From positions 1 through 50,537 of the IMG/VR virus record IMGVR_UViG_3300017971_000360: a stretch of DNA of 50,537 bases; one strand, 5' to 3'. A program made the position numbers and the translations under genes. The notes below the pieces were generated by a model, which worked only from the letters and a program-made list of their open reading frames with translations, searched no databases and was not told where the DNA came from. This DNA comes from a virus. Lineage: Duplodnaviria; Caudoviricetes. This document shows positions 8,937 to 17,630 of the stretch, piece by piece (position 1 is the stretch's first letter; each line of letters starts with the position of its first letter).

Positions 8937-9439
8937 TTATAGAACCACTTGGTTGGTCAGGAGATGAGCAAGCGTTCCGGGTTTCAACAAGAGGACAGCT
9001 CGATGCTGTCGTTTACAATCATAGAAAGTTGATAACGACCAACTGTTCTTTTTGTGGGGCCAATAACTGTAAACATGAAATGTATATTGAAGAATATATA
9101 GATTATGTTGAAGATAACCCGAATTATATGGCACTTATTCATTGGGCATGGCATTTTGATGATGGGAACTATCCTTATAATTTCCGAGTTAGATATTATG
9201 CGGTATGGGACTGGATATCAAATGGACTGATGAGAAAAAGACATCGTACAGATGAGGAAACATCCGAGATGTTGAGGTCAATCAATTATCAACTAAATAA
9301 TATGGACATGTTGCCACTATCGCTTCTAACATTATGGAGATTGCCGAGGGAATTAGAAAACATGGAGATAACGGTCAGATGGGACCTTGCAACAGTCTAC
9401 GCAACAGAGAATGGGTTGATGAACTTTGAGTGGGAATAA
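8924..9439 (+). CDS. Hypothetical protein with SWIM-like zinc motif
   Basis: CSFC...CKH. Confidence 0.6.
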   Translation: MDRVIIEPLGWSGDEQAFRVSTRGQLDAVVYNHRKLITTNCSFCGANNCKHEMYIEEYIDYVEDNPNYMALIHWAWHFDDGNYPYNFRVRYYAVWDWISNGLMRKRHRTDEETSEMLRSINYQLNNMDMLPLSLLTLWRLPRELENMEITVRWDLATVYATENGLMNFEWE

Positions 9440-9533
9440 TAAATGTTCTGGTTGTGAATTCGATTTCAACGATTGTGTATCAGAGGGAAGATACAAAGAA
9501 GACCACTCTTGTAGGATACCAATAGAGAAGTAA
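9426..9533 (+). CDS. Cys-rich micro-protein (35 aa)
   Basis: TTG start; CSGC...C...C; fills the gap before promoter 3. Confidence 0.35.
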   Translation: MSGNNKCSGCEFDFNDCVSEGRYKEDHSCRIPIEK

Positions 9534-9597
9534 CCGTGCTAAACCATGACACGCAACCTTTAAATACCTATACAATATATAGGTGAAATGGTGATAA
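9533..9597 (+). promoter_or_regulatory. Early promoter 3: ACCGTGCTAAACC box, TATA, palindrome, RBS
   Basis: ACCGTGCTAAACC 9533-9545; TTTAAATA 9559-9566; CCTATACAATATATAGG 9567-9583; GGTGATAA. Confidence 0.8.
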
Positions 9598-9598
9598 T

Positions 9599-9778
9599 AT
9601 GACCAAAGGTATTCCAAGAGGTATGATTCCATTAGGAAGCAAGAGGCTGTTCAAATCAGGTAATGCGATTGCACTCATTATCCCTAGACATGTTGTTAAT
9701 AACAACAAGGCAGAGAAGGGAAGTGAGGTAGAGATGTTCACAAATCCAGATGGCGATCTCTTAGTCAGGTTCAAGTGA
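9599..9778 (+). CDS. AbrB/MazE/SpoVT-family DNA-binding protein (59 aa)
   Basis: KRLFKSGNAIALIIPRHVVNNNKAEKGSEVEMF fits the AbrB pattern; missed by ORF track. Confidence 0.75.
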   Translation: MTKGIPRGMIPLGSKRLFKSGNAIALIIPRHVVNNNKAEKGSEVEMFTNPDGDLLVRFK

Positions 9779-9782
9779 TACA

Positions 9783-10943
9783 ATGTCTGATAAGAATCAC
9801 TGTAATGGTTGTGGAAAGCCATTCGTTGGTAAGCAGAAGGAGTACGAGCACGACGGGGAAGTCTATCACAAGGGTTGCATTCCAACAGAGGAGAAAACGG
9901 AAATCGTATCACAGGCAGAGGTCGTACATCAGCTGGACCCAAATCAAAATATTTTCTATACAAAGGATCAAATAGATTTGATTCAGAATACAGTGGCAAA
10001 AGGTTCTTCTGTCGATGAACTCAAGATGTTCTTGCACTACTGTAAGATGGCAGGCGTAGACCCACTCCGTAAGCAGGCCCATTTCATAAAGAGAAATGAT
10101 GGGACCGTTACGATGATGATAGGCATCGACGGTTTCCAGGCAAGGGCAACTCAGGACCCAAGGTATCTTGGAATACAGGCCCATGCAGTAAGACAGAATG
10201 ATGAGTTCGAATTCGACACAATCACTGGTGAGGTCAAGCACAAGATCAAGGGGGCAGACAGAGGCAAGCTCGTAGGTGCCTACGCAGTCATTCAGAGAAA
10301 GGGAATGCCGAATGCTTGTGAGTGGGTCGATTTCCACGAGTACGATACGGGCCGGTCCATATGGAAGACCAAGCCAGAGGTTATGATAACCAAGGTTGCC
10401 CGAGCAACACTTCTCCGGAGAGAATACCCAGACAATTTCAGTGGGGTCTATGTACCAGAGGAGTTCGGCATGGAGATAACCGATCATGGTGAGATGAAGG
10501 AGGACCAACCATCATTACCACCAGCTGATGAACAGCAGCCGACACCACAAGAACAAGAGGCCGACGTCGTTGAGGTCAAAGATGCAGAGGTCATTGAGGA
10601 AGACAAACTGACACTCAAGGAGTCGACCATTGAACGGGTTGAAGCCATGCCCCCAAGAGAAGCACTTGCATTAATCTACGAAGATGCTTTCAACTCAGGG
10701 CAACTAAAGGAATACAAGAAGCTTTGGACAGAGGTATTCCCAGACTTCTCACCAGAAAAGTGGCCAGCCCACCGGATTCCAGAACCAACAGTGATCAAGT
10801 TCATAAAAGAGGCCACTGATGTCAAACTTAGCAGGGCAGAACAAGACTGGAGTTGCAAGAAATGTGATGCCAATATCACCGAGCCAGAGAGAGACGAGCA
10901 AGACAAGATGTGTAGAGACTGCTACATGAAGGAGGAAGATTAA
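9783..10943 (+). CDS. bet: Bet/RecT-family single-strand annealing protein with terminal zinc fingers
   Basis: ELKMFLHYCK..GVDPLRKQAHFIK, IGIDGF, IWKTKPEVMITKVA...LRREYP. Confidence 0.85.
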   Translation: MSDKNHCNGCGKPFVGKQKEYEHDGEVYHKGCIPTEEKTEIVSQAEVVHQLDPNQNIFYTKDQIDLIQNTVAKGSSVDELKMFLHYCKMAGVDPLRKQAHFIKRNDGTVTMMIGIDGFQARATQDPRYLGIQAHAVRQNDEFEFDTITGEVKHKIKGADRGKLVGAYAVIQRKGMPNACEWVDFHEYDTGRSIWKTKPEVMITKVARATLLRREYPDNFSGVYVPEEFGMEITDHGEMKEDQPSLPPADEQQPTPQEQEADVVEVKDAEVIEEDKLTLKESTIERVEAMPPREALALIYEDAFNSGQLKEYKKLWTEVFPDFSPEKWPAHRIPEPTVIKFIKEATDVKLSRAEQDWSCKKCDANITEPERDEQDKMCRDCYMKEED

Positions 10944-11032
10944 TCATAAAGGGGCTGGCCGGTTAAAGTGTTTATCCTTCCACTTCTCTCGGCTCTTTCT
11001 ATTCGGCCCGCCCCACCAACCTGGTGATAACC

Positions 11033-11272
11033 ATGACAGACGAGATTCGTTCAAAGAGGAAATATGTTCGGTGTCCAGACTTCACAGAGATAAGCCTGTT
11101 GCTACATAAGAACTGCAAGAAATGTGGTGGAACTGGCAGGGTCATCAAGAGGGAGTTCAGGAACAAATGTCATAAGTGTGGCAGACCGACCATTAACAAA
11201 TGTCCTGACTGTGGGGAAGACCTTTGTAATTGTTGCATCCAAGACAAAACTTGCGACTGCTTGGAGGAATAA
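11033..11272 (+). CDS. Cys-rich zinc-finger protein
   Basis: CKKCGGTG, CHKC, CPDC; GGTGATAACC RBS. Confidence 0.7.
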   Translation: MTDEIRSKRKYVRCPDFTEISLLLHKNCKKCGGTGRVIKREFRNKCHKCGRPTINKCPDCGEDLCNCCIQDKTCDCLEE

Positions 11273-11273
11273 T

Positions 11274-11411
11274 ATGGAAGACCTGCTGAATTATATCATG
11301 CGAGAATCTGTGCTCGAGGTCATGGCAGATCACGCAGATAGGAACCCTCGCCAATTAGCGAAGCGGTTGGCGGGGTTCTATCTTGAAGTCAGTTTGAAGG
11401 AGAGGATTTGA
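11274..11411 (+). CDS. Small hypothetical protein (45 aa)
   Basis: GGAGG RBS and ATG; 3' part of ORF 11124-11411. Confidence 0.55.
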   Translation: MEDLLNYIMRESVLEVMADHADRNPRQLAKRLAGFYLEVSLKERI

Positions 11412-11965
11412 TGGGTTCTCCACACGGAAAGAAAAAGTTAAGAAATGCTGGCGCTCGGAGAGGCCGATTCACCTGTGGCATTGGTCACAAACTTAACAAG
11501 ATAAACAAGAGATGCCACCCACATAAATGTGAGCACCTGCGATTAAATGGCGAACCGTATTACACGGGAGATTCAGACGGATGCTTGAACGAAGTCCCGT
11601 ACAAATCCCCCGCAATGCCTCGCACGGAGCGAGGCGGTGGAACTGACGAAGCGGAAGGCGGGGTTAAGAAGTGTCCGAAATGTCAATCTCCGATGAAAAA
11701 ACAGAGAGTCTTGTGGTGGTGTACGAACGATGACTGCCTTTACAGTACGGGTGACATTGAGGACGCTGTAGTTACTGGATTCGATTATAAATATCTGTCA
11801 AATGAGAAATGCGAGTTCGAAGTCAGACAACCACAACCGAATGATGATGGGTCTTGTGGTGAAGATGCAATTGCACTTTGTTGGTGGGATGATGAGCAGA
11901 AAGACAGTATGAAAGTCTGCTCTGTGCATCTCAACCAGATAATGATGGTGGAGAGTGGTGACTGA
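11408..11965 (+). CDS. Multi-zinc-finger hypothetical protein
   Basis: CPKC...CTNDDC and further Cys/His clusters. Confidence 0.65.
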   Translation: MMGSPHGKKKLRNAGARRGRFTCGIGHKLNKINKRCHPHKCEHLRLNGEPYYTGDSDGCLNEVPYKSPAMPRTERGGGTDEAEGGVKKCPKCQSPMKKQRVLWWCTNDDCLYSTGDIEDAVVTGFDYKYLSNEKCEFEVRQPQPNDDGSCGEDAIALCWWDDEQKDSMKVCSVHLNQIMMVESGD

Positions 11966-12051
11966 TGATCTTTTTCCCATTCAAAGGAAAGTACATGGTA
12001 TACATCGGATGGAGAGGCATCAGGATATGGCGTGGAAGGAGGATAAAATAG

Positions 12052-12498
12052 ATGATGAACCTCTCGATGGCCCTGGTAACAGCCTCTTTCGTGAATGAAC
12101 AGAAGGGAGTCACCCGGCGTTCTTGGACAGACAGCCACGCAAGGAAGTTCAAGAAAGGAAATCAGATTAAGGTCTACAACAAATCTCCAAGGAATCATGG
12201 CGAGGTTGTTGGCTATGCCGAGATACTTGAGTGGCCATACAGAGAGAGAACCGGTGTTCGTAAAGTTGATGAGCTGTATGTCGACGAGGGTTTCAAGTTC
12301 CTTGACGATCAATATAACCCGATAGGTAGACCACTCTATGACCTTACAAAAAAATGGATAAAAGACAATCTTGAATATTGGGTCCTTGAGATTGAACCGA
12401 CTGAGATATTGCCAGGAATGGTGGAGAAATACTCCACTGAAGATGAGATTTCTAGGTGCGTTCACGCACTGATAAAACAATTTGGGGCGACAGCATGA
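12052..12498 (+). CDS. ASCH/PUA-like domain protein
   Basis: KGVTRRSW...FKKGNQI.VYNKSPR..G..VG.AEI resembles the ASCH GxKxxTxR region. Confidence 0.65.
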   Translation: MMNLSMALVTASFVNEQKGVTRRSWTDSHARKFKKGNQIKVYNKSPRNHGEVVGYAEILEWPYRERTGVRKVDELYVDEGFKFLDDQYNPIGRPLYDLTKKWIKDNLEYWVLEIEPTEILPGMVEKYSTEDEISRCVHALIKQFGATA

Positions 12499-12917
12499 AA
12501 AAGGAAAGGCACATCATAAACAAGGGACATTGGGATGGCAAGCAGCCATTTACCGAGTTCATTTCAGAGTTTGTTACCGAACTGTGTGAGCAGGACATCC
12601 TACTCATTGATGACGACATGGAAATAATCGTATCATTCACCGATTATAAAAGGATGGTCGAGATGAGCATGGGCATAACCAACATTGTTCCAAATATCAA
12701 CTCAAAGCAGGGAAAGGTAGAATATGATGAGGCACTCCCGAAGGGTGGAAATACAATGCTGTTCAACTTCAAGGTCAGATATTACAAGTTCTTATCACCG
12801 GGGACCGTTCTGATAGTCAACACAAAGTTCATAGACATCATGGACGACATGATCAAGCAGATGGCATATTATATAGAAAATGGGAAGATGATTCCCTCAT
12901 TCGAGGCGAGGTTATGA
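12495..12917 (+). CDS. Hypothetical protein
   Basis: ATGA-coupled ORF. Confidence 0.7.
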   Translation: MKKERHIINKGHWDGKQPFTEFISEFVTELCEQDILLIDDDMEIIVSFTDYKRMVEMSMGITNIVPNINSKQGKVEYDEALPKGGNTMLFNFKVRYYKFLSPGTVLIVNTKFIDIMDDMIKQMAYYIENGKMIPSFEARL

Positions 12918-13573
12918 TACACGACATGATGCAAATATTGGTTGACAACCGAGAATCACATTCTGGATTGCCTGAAGCACTCAAGGTTCTCCGAGTACCA
13001 ATAGAAACAAGACAGCTGGAAACCGGAGATGTTGTAATAGCTTTCAAGATGTTCACGGTCGGCATTGAAATCAAGAGGAAATACGATTTCAGCACATCCT
13101 TGTTCGGTGAAAGACTTCACGATCAGATTTGCCGGCTATATGACAACTACGATTATCCAGTCCTAATATTAGAGGGCTTTGAGTGGCACCGAGCAGATGA
13201 AATCATGGAGAACTTGCGAAAGGCCATAGACACACTCAATCTGAGGATATCAACATATGTCCAGACAGACCAATTTGAGACAGTCCAACTCATCGGGGAG
13301 TTTGTCAGACTGCTTGAGAAAGGCAAGTTCAATACGGTCCGGAGGCCGGTCATCCTGGAGGAAGACATCGACCCAAGAGTTCCAATCCTCTGTGCTTTAC
13401 CACACATCAGCAAGGCGATGGCCTACATTCTGCTTGAAAAATATCAGACATTGAGCAATGCTCTTGAACACTTGGAAGAATGGTCAGAGGTCCCAAGGAT
13501 AACGGATGAGAGGGTCGACAAGATCAAGGCGGTCTTGAACAACAGATATGGGAGTGGTGATAATCGTGGGTAA
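12914..13573 (+). CDS. ERCC4/XPF-type structure-specific nuclease with HhH2 tail
   Basis: ILVDNRE, GDVVI, GIEIKR..DF..S, RL.DQ..RL, LILEG; C-terminal LCALPHI...EVPRI HhH repeats. Confidence 0.85.
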   Translation: MIHDMMQILVDNRESHSGLPEALKVLRVPIETRQLETGDVVIAFKMFTVGIEIKRKYDFSTSLFGERLHDQICRLYDNYDYPVLILEGFEWHRADEIMENLRKAIDTLNLRISTYVQTDQFETVQLIGEFVRLLEKGKFNTVRRPVILEEDIDPRVPILCALPHISKAMAYILLEKYQTLSNALEHLEEWSEVPRITDERVDKIKAVLNNRYGSGDNRG

Positions 13574-13817
13574 GAGGCTACCATACACTCCAAACAGACA
13601 GATAAAAAAGGCAATGGGCAGGCTTTTCCTGCGTTCAAGAGAAAGGGCGAGATGCCTGAAGGATGCAGGCTGTGCTAAATGTGGCAACCCGAAACCACAG
13701 GCACATCACATAAGGGGAATCAATTGGGCAAGGATAATTGAAGTCATCAGAGAAGAATTGCTGACGGATGATTTAGAACCACTCTGTAAAGATTGCCATG
13801 ATGAGGTTGGTGAATAG
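13566..13817 (+). CDS. HNH endonuclease
   Basis: CAKC...AHHI...LCKDCH. Confidence 0.75.
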   Translation: MGKRLPYTPNRQIKKAMGRLFLRSRERARCLKDAGCAKCGNPKPQAHHIRGINWARIIEVIREELLTDDLEPLCKDCHDEVGE

Positions 13818-13970
13818 ATGAAATTAAAATATTTTGAAGTTGGGACTGTCGACAGACAAGGTAATTGGATAGAAAAATTGAATGAAGAATTAGTTCATGC
13901 AGTCAGTGTTGAAACATACATTCGGGATGACAAGACATTGATAATATTTGCATTTTATGATGGTAGGTGA
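13818..13970 (+). CDS. Small hypothetical protein (50 aa)
   Basis: GGTGA RBS; fills the gap; not in ORF track. Confidence 0.6.
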   Translation: MKLKYFEVGTVDRQGNWIEKLNEELVHAVSVETYIRDDKTLIIFAFYDGR

Positions 13971-13974
13971 GTAG

Positions 13975-14553
13975 ATGGTCGATGCGTATCCTTTAAATTG
14001 GCCAACGGGATGGAAACGGACACAGTGGCCACAACCATCGAGATTTGGAAACCATTCTTTGGCTTATGCAATGGGATACCTTATGAATGAACTCAAGAGA
14101 TTGGGTGCATCTCATATCGTTGTAAACACAAATCTCACAGTCAGAAAGACAGATGGCCTTCCAAAATCCGGTCAGAGACAACCTGATGATCGTGGTGTTG
14201 CGGTCTATTTCAGACTTTATAATGAGAATCAGTGCATTCCATGTGACAAGTGGAACAGGATAGAATGCAACATCTGGGCAATAGCCAAGAGTGTCGAAGC
14301 ACTCAGGGGCCTTGAGAGATGGGGGGCCAAGGAGATGGTCAAGGCATCCTTCCAAGGTTTCAAGGCACTCCCAGAGACAGCTACACAACCAAAGGTTGAT
14401 TACTTCTCAGGCTGTGTAACAAAAGATGAGTGCAAATCAAGATTCAGGGACCTATCAAAGACACTCCACCCAGACCAAGGCGGTGATGGGGAACGGTTCG
14501 CTGAAATGCTTAGACAATACGACATCAAGAAGAACGCACCGGAGGGACAGTGA
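13975..14553 (+). CDS. Phage J-domain protein (C-terminal DnaJ-like domain)
   Basis: AYPLNWPTGWKRT, DRGVAVYF, ALRGLERWG; C-terminal RFRDLSKTLHPDQGG with HPD motif. Confidence 0.8.
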   Translation: MVDAYPLNWPTGWKRTQWPQPSRFGNHSLAYAMGYLMNELKRLGASHIVVNTNLTVRKTDGLPKSGQRQPDDRGVAVYFRLYNENQCIPCDKWNRIECNIWAIAKSVEALRGLERWGAKEMVKASFQGFKALPETATQPKVDYFSGCVTKDECKSRFRDLSKTLHPDQGGDGERFAEMLRQYDIKKNAPEGQ

Positions 14554-14975
14554 TGGACACTTCGAAAGAATACATCAAGATGTGCCAGAAAGCGACTGAA
14601 ATTCAAAAACTTTGGATTGGGTTGAGAGAGGATAACGAGACTACAAATGGTTTCTGGTTTGTTCATAGACATGATGGAACTGATGAAATCTGCATCATCG
14701 GAGATGCTTTTGATCATACAAGAACGAATGGTTGCGATTGCTGTTCTGGCTATTATGTTGGAGATACAATTTGGCTTCCGAGGCAAGATCAGTTGCAACA
14801 TTTGATGAATCCAATCTCAAGCGATAACTCAACAAACATCCAAGTAAAGTCACATCTAATAAACAGGTTCATCTCAAGAAACAAATTCAAAAGTTTTGAA
14901 CGAGCTTGGCTTGCGTTTATAATGCAAGAGAAATTCAAGAAGGTCTGGAACGGCGAGGATTGGGTGAAAGCATGA
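14550..14975 (+). CDS. Hypothetical protein (IWLPRQDQLQ motif)
   Basis: Coupled ORF. Confidence 0.7.
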   Translation: MMDTSKEYIKMCQKATEIQKLWIGLREDNETTNGFWFVHRHDGTDEICIIGDAFDHTRTNGCDCCSGYYVGDTIWLPRQDQLQHLMNPISSDNSTNIQVKSHLINRFISRNKFKSFERAWLAFIMQEKFKKVWNGEDWVKA

Positions 14976-15061
14976 AAGAAAGAACGATAGTGATATTGGA
15001 GGCAACTTACATGATTGGGCTGTCTGCAATACTCTTTGGATTGATGTGGTGGTTCTCTTGA
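14972..15061 (+). CDS. Small membrane peptide (29 aa)
   Basis: GGTGA RBS; overlaps at both ends; hydrophobic YMIGLSAILFGLMWWF. Confidence 0.5.
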   Translation: MKERTIVILEATYMIGLSAILFGLMWWFS

Positions 15062-15855
15062 GTAACCCAATCGGCTGGTGTGATGTGACAGTGAACCCGG
15101 TTGTGGGTTGTAATATCCGTTGTGGGACTTGGTGCTATGCAATGCGAGAGGCCAAGCGTGTGGCCAGGATGCAAGCAGCGAGCTGGTTGAAAAGAAACCA
15201 CATTGACTATCAGCATTTGAGCGAGAAGGGCCGTCTTGAGTTGTTCAAAACAGCAGAGAACTGGTGCCAAGATTGCTTTGATTTCAAGCCACATGCCCAT
15301 CTTGAAAGGCTTGATAAGCTAACGCCGAAACAGCAGCCGATGAAGGTCTTCATAGACAGTATGTGGGATTGGAACTCCCCAGGAAACGAGTCTTTCTGGT
15401 ATGACAAGATTGTATCAAAGATGGTTGAATGCAAGCAGCACGAGTTCTTGATCCTCTCAAAGAATCCTGCTGGGTACAAGATGTTTGCCTTCCCTCAAGA
15501 TAACATATGGTTGGGCACAACCGTAACGAGTGAATTGGACTCACATCGGATTGCAGAACTAGTCAACTCAACCCACACATACGGGTTCGGTACGAACTAT
15601 CTGTTCATCTCATTTGAGCCACTGCTTGGATATGTAGTCATTCCAAACGAGTTGGAAAGCGTAGACTGGATAATCATCGGTGGACTTAGCAGAGCTGGAA
15701 AAGAACCACAGCAGCCAGATAAAGAGTGGGTGAAGGACATATTGGACTTTGCCGATATCCACGACACTCCGGTTTACATGAAAGACAATCTGATATGGGA
15801 AGAACCTAGAAAGGAATTTCCACACAGAATGAAACACACATTTAAGGAGAAATAA
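15058..15855 (+). CDS. Phage Gp37/Gp68 (DUF5131) radical-SAM-like protein
   Basis: IGWCD.T.NPVVGC...C..WCYA, VFIDSMWD, FLILSKNP, NIWLGTTV, FISFEPLL, DWIIIGG. Confidence 0.85.
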   Translation: MSNPIGWCDVTVNPVVGCNIRCGTWCYAMREAKRVARMQAASWLKRNHIDYQHLSEKGRLELFKTAENWCQDCFDFKPHAHLERLDKLTPKQQPMKVFIDSMWDWNSPGNESFWYDKIVSKMVECKQHEFLILSKNPAGYKMFAFPQDNIWLGTTVTSELDSHRIAELVNSTHTYGFGTNYLFISFEPLLGYVVIPNELESVDWIIIGGLSRAGKEPQQPDKEWVKDILDFADIHDTPVYMKDNLIWEEPRKEFPHRMKHTFKEK

Positions 15856-15856
15856 T

Positions 15857-15994
15857 ATGAAAAGATTTCACAGTAATATATTGGGCTTGAAAATTGGACT
15901 GTTCGCTATAGCAACGGCACTCATAGGATGGGACCTGTTGACCATTGGTTTGGTGGTCTTCGGGGCCGTTGTTACAATCTTGGAGGACTCTTGA
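15857..15994 (+). CDS. Small membrane protein (45 aa)
   Basis: GGAG RBS; long hydrophobic stretch; TGATG overlap. Confidence 0.6.
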   Translation: MKRFHSNILGLKIGLFAIATALIGWDLLTIGLVVFGAVVTILEDS

Positions 15995-16293
15995 TGCAAT
16001 TGAAAGGAAAGGTAATCGGAATTGAGGCAGAACTGAATGACGGTTTTTTTGTGGTTTCTATTAAGATAAGGAAACGACTCTCACCTAGTAGACCAAATAG
16101 TGAATATGTAGATAAAGGCCGATATGAAGAAGCTATGGAAAGGTGGGAATTCAGACAGAAGCAGTGGGAGGAAGAAATGCACGCTATTGAAAATCTCGGA
16201 CTGAGAGAAGCAACCCTGATATTCGGGGATAATGTCGTAATTGTAAACGACAAGAAAGAAAAAGGAGATGATGAAGATGAAATACACAAATAA
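15994..16293 (+). CDS. Hypothetical protein
   Basis: GGAGG RBS; coupled start. Confidence 0.65.
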   Translation: MQLKGKVIGIEAELNDGFFVVSIKIRKRLSPSRPNSEYVDKGRYEEAMERWEFRQKQWEEEMHAIENLGLREATLIFGDNVVIVNDKKEKGDDEDEIHK

Positions 16294-17179
16294 TTATGGA
16301 TTGCCACCATTCGTGGTACAGTGGCTTATGGTAGATGATTACGATCACGATCCAGAGGTTTTATCAGCCACCCGGTTATTGAAACCAACCAGGATGATTG
16401 TTCTGGAGAAAAGGCATAATGATGAGTTGGAGATTGATGTCACCGATGTCATCGCATCTCGATATGGGACCGCCATTCACGATAGCTTTGAGAAGATAGC
16501 TCTTGAGAATGCCATTCAAGAACATAGATTCCACTGTGAGGTTGACGGTCAGAAAATTTCTGGGAAACCAGATATTCTTGAGATGGTGAGCGGTCATTAT
16601 ATTCTATGGGACATAAAGTCAACATCTGCATGGACTTATCTTAATGGTTCAAGGGATGAAGACCACAAGAAGCAACTCAGCATCTATAGGTACATAGTAA
16701 TGAAGGCCAGTGAAGGAGAGAGAACGGTGGATATCGATGCCAAGATTATCTATATATTCACCGACTGGTCCAGAAGCAAAGCTCGGCAGGGTGGAAAATA
16801 CCCACCACAACGGATTGCTATGAAAGATGTAAAGTTGATGACAACCGAGGAAACCGAAGCCTTGATTAGAGGGAAGCTTGGCCACATCGATCATTTCTTA
16901 GACACGCCAGAACCAGCACTGCCAAAATGTACAAGAGATGAATTGTGGCCATATCCAAAGGATGATGAATGGGCGGTGATGAAAGAAGGTCGAAAGAGTG
17001 CTGTTAGAAAGGGTTTCAAGACGGAGACAGAGGCACAAGACTACATGATTGAATACCATGTTAAAAACGGTTACATTGAACACAGACCAAGCAAGCTCAA
17101 CAGATGCAATTACTGTAATGTCAGGCCGTTCTGTTCACAGTACAAAGACCTTGAGGAACAAGGTCTGATTGCGGAGTGA
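16268..17179 (+). CDS. PD-(D/E)XK Cas4/RecB-like exonuclease
   Basis: GTAIH, ISGKPD...WDIKST, QLSIY, C-terminal C..C.....C (CNYCNVRPFC). Confidence 0.8.
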   Translation: MMKMKYTNNYGLPPFVVQWLMVDDYDHDPEVLSATRLLKPTRMIVLEKRHNDELEIDVTDVIASRYGTAIHDSFEKIALENAIQEHRFHCEVDGQKISGKPDILEMVSGHYILWDIKSTSAWTYLNGSRDEDHKKQLSIYRYIVMKASEGERTVDIDAKIIYIFTDWSRSKARQGGKYPPQRIAMKDVKLMTTEETEALIRGKLGHIDHFLDTPEPALPKCTRDELWPYPKDDEWAVMKEGRKSAVRKGFKTETEAQDYMIEYHVKNGYIEHRPSKLNRCNYCNVRPFCSQYKDLEEQGLIAE

Positions 17180-17183
17180 TTCT

Positions 17184-17540
17184 ATGAAAAAAGAGAAGAC
17201 TGTTGAGGTATATGTCTGTGATGAGTGTGGATCAGAAGAATGTGTTCATTATCATTGCATTGGATGTGGAAAGGACCTCTGTTATGACTGTGCCCAAAAT
17301 AAAAAACTTGGTGTTAACTACGATTGCGGAGTTAATTTTTCAAGCGGTTCAAATGGTTTCTTTTGCCAGACATGTAATATCAAGCCACCAGACCATGTGA
17401 AAAAAATATTGGGCATGTATAAGACCATCATACACCTAAGAACAGAAGAAAAAACATTCTACACGAACTGGAAAGAAAGAGGCAAATTTATTGAAGGAGA
17501 GATAGAAAAAGAATATAAAAGGGTAAAAGCCCTTAAATAA
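17184..17540 (+). CDS. B-box-like zinc-finger protein
   Basis: CDEC...CIGCGKDLCYDC...CQTC. Confidence 0.7.
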   Translation: MKKEKTVEVYVCDECGSEECVHYHCIGCGKDLCYDCAQNKKLGVNYDCGVNFSSGSNGFFCQTCNIKPPDHVKKILGMYKTIIHLRTEEKTFYTNWKERGKFIEGEIEKEYKRVKALK

Positions 17541-17601
17541 CAAGAAAAACATATCGAAAGGTGTAGGGAGCTTAATCGGCTCCATTAACATATCACGATT
17601 A

Positions 17602-17621
17602 CCTCCCCCCTTTTTTTTCTT
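17602..17621 (+). terminator. Archaeal-type oligo-T terminator candidate
   Basis: cctcccccc-tttttttt-ctt in an intergenic gap, preceded by a GGAGC/GCTCC hairpin. Confidence 0.45.
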
Positions 17622-17630
17622 GGTGAATAT

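Noticed and set aside
16268-17179. Cas4 as part of a CRISPR-Cas system
   Set aside because: No cas1/cas2 or array; solo Cas4-like nucleases are common in viruses
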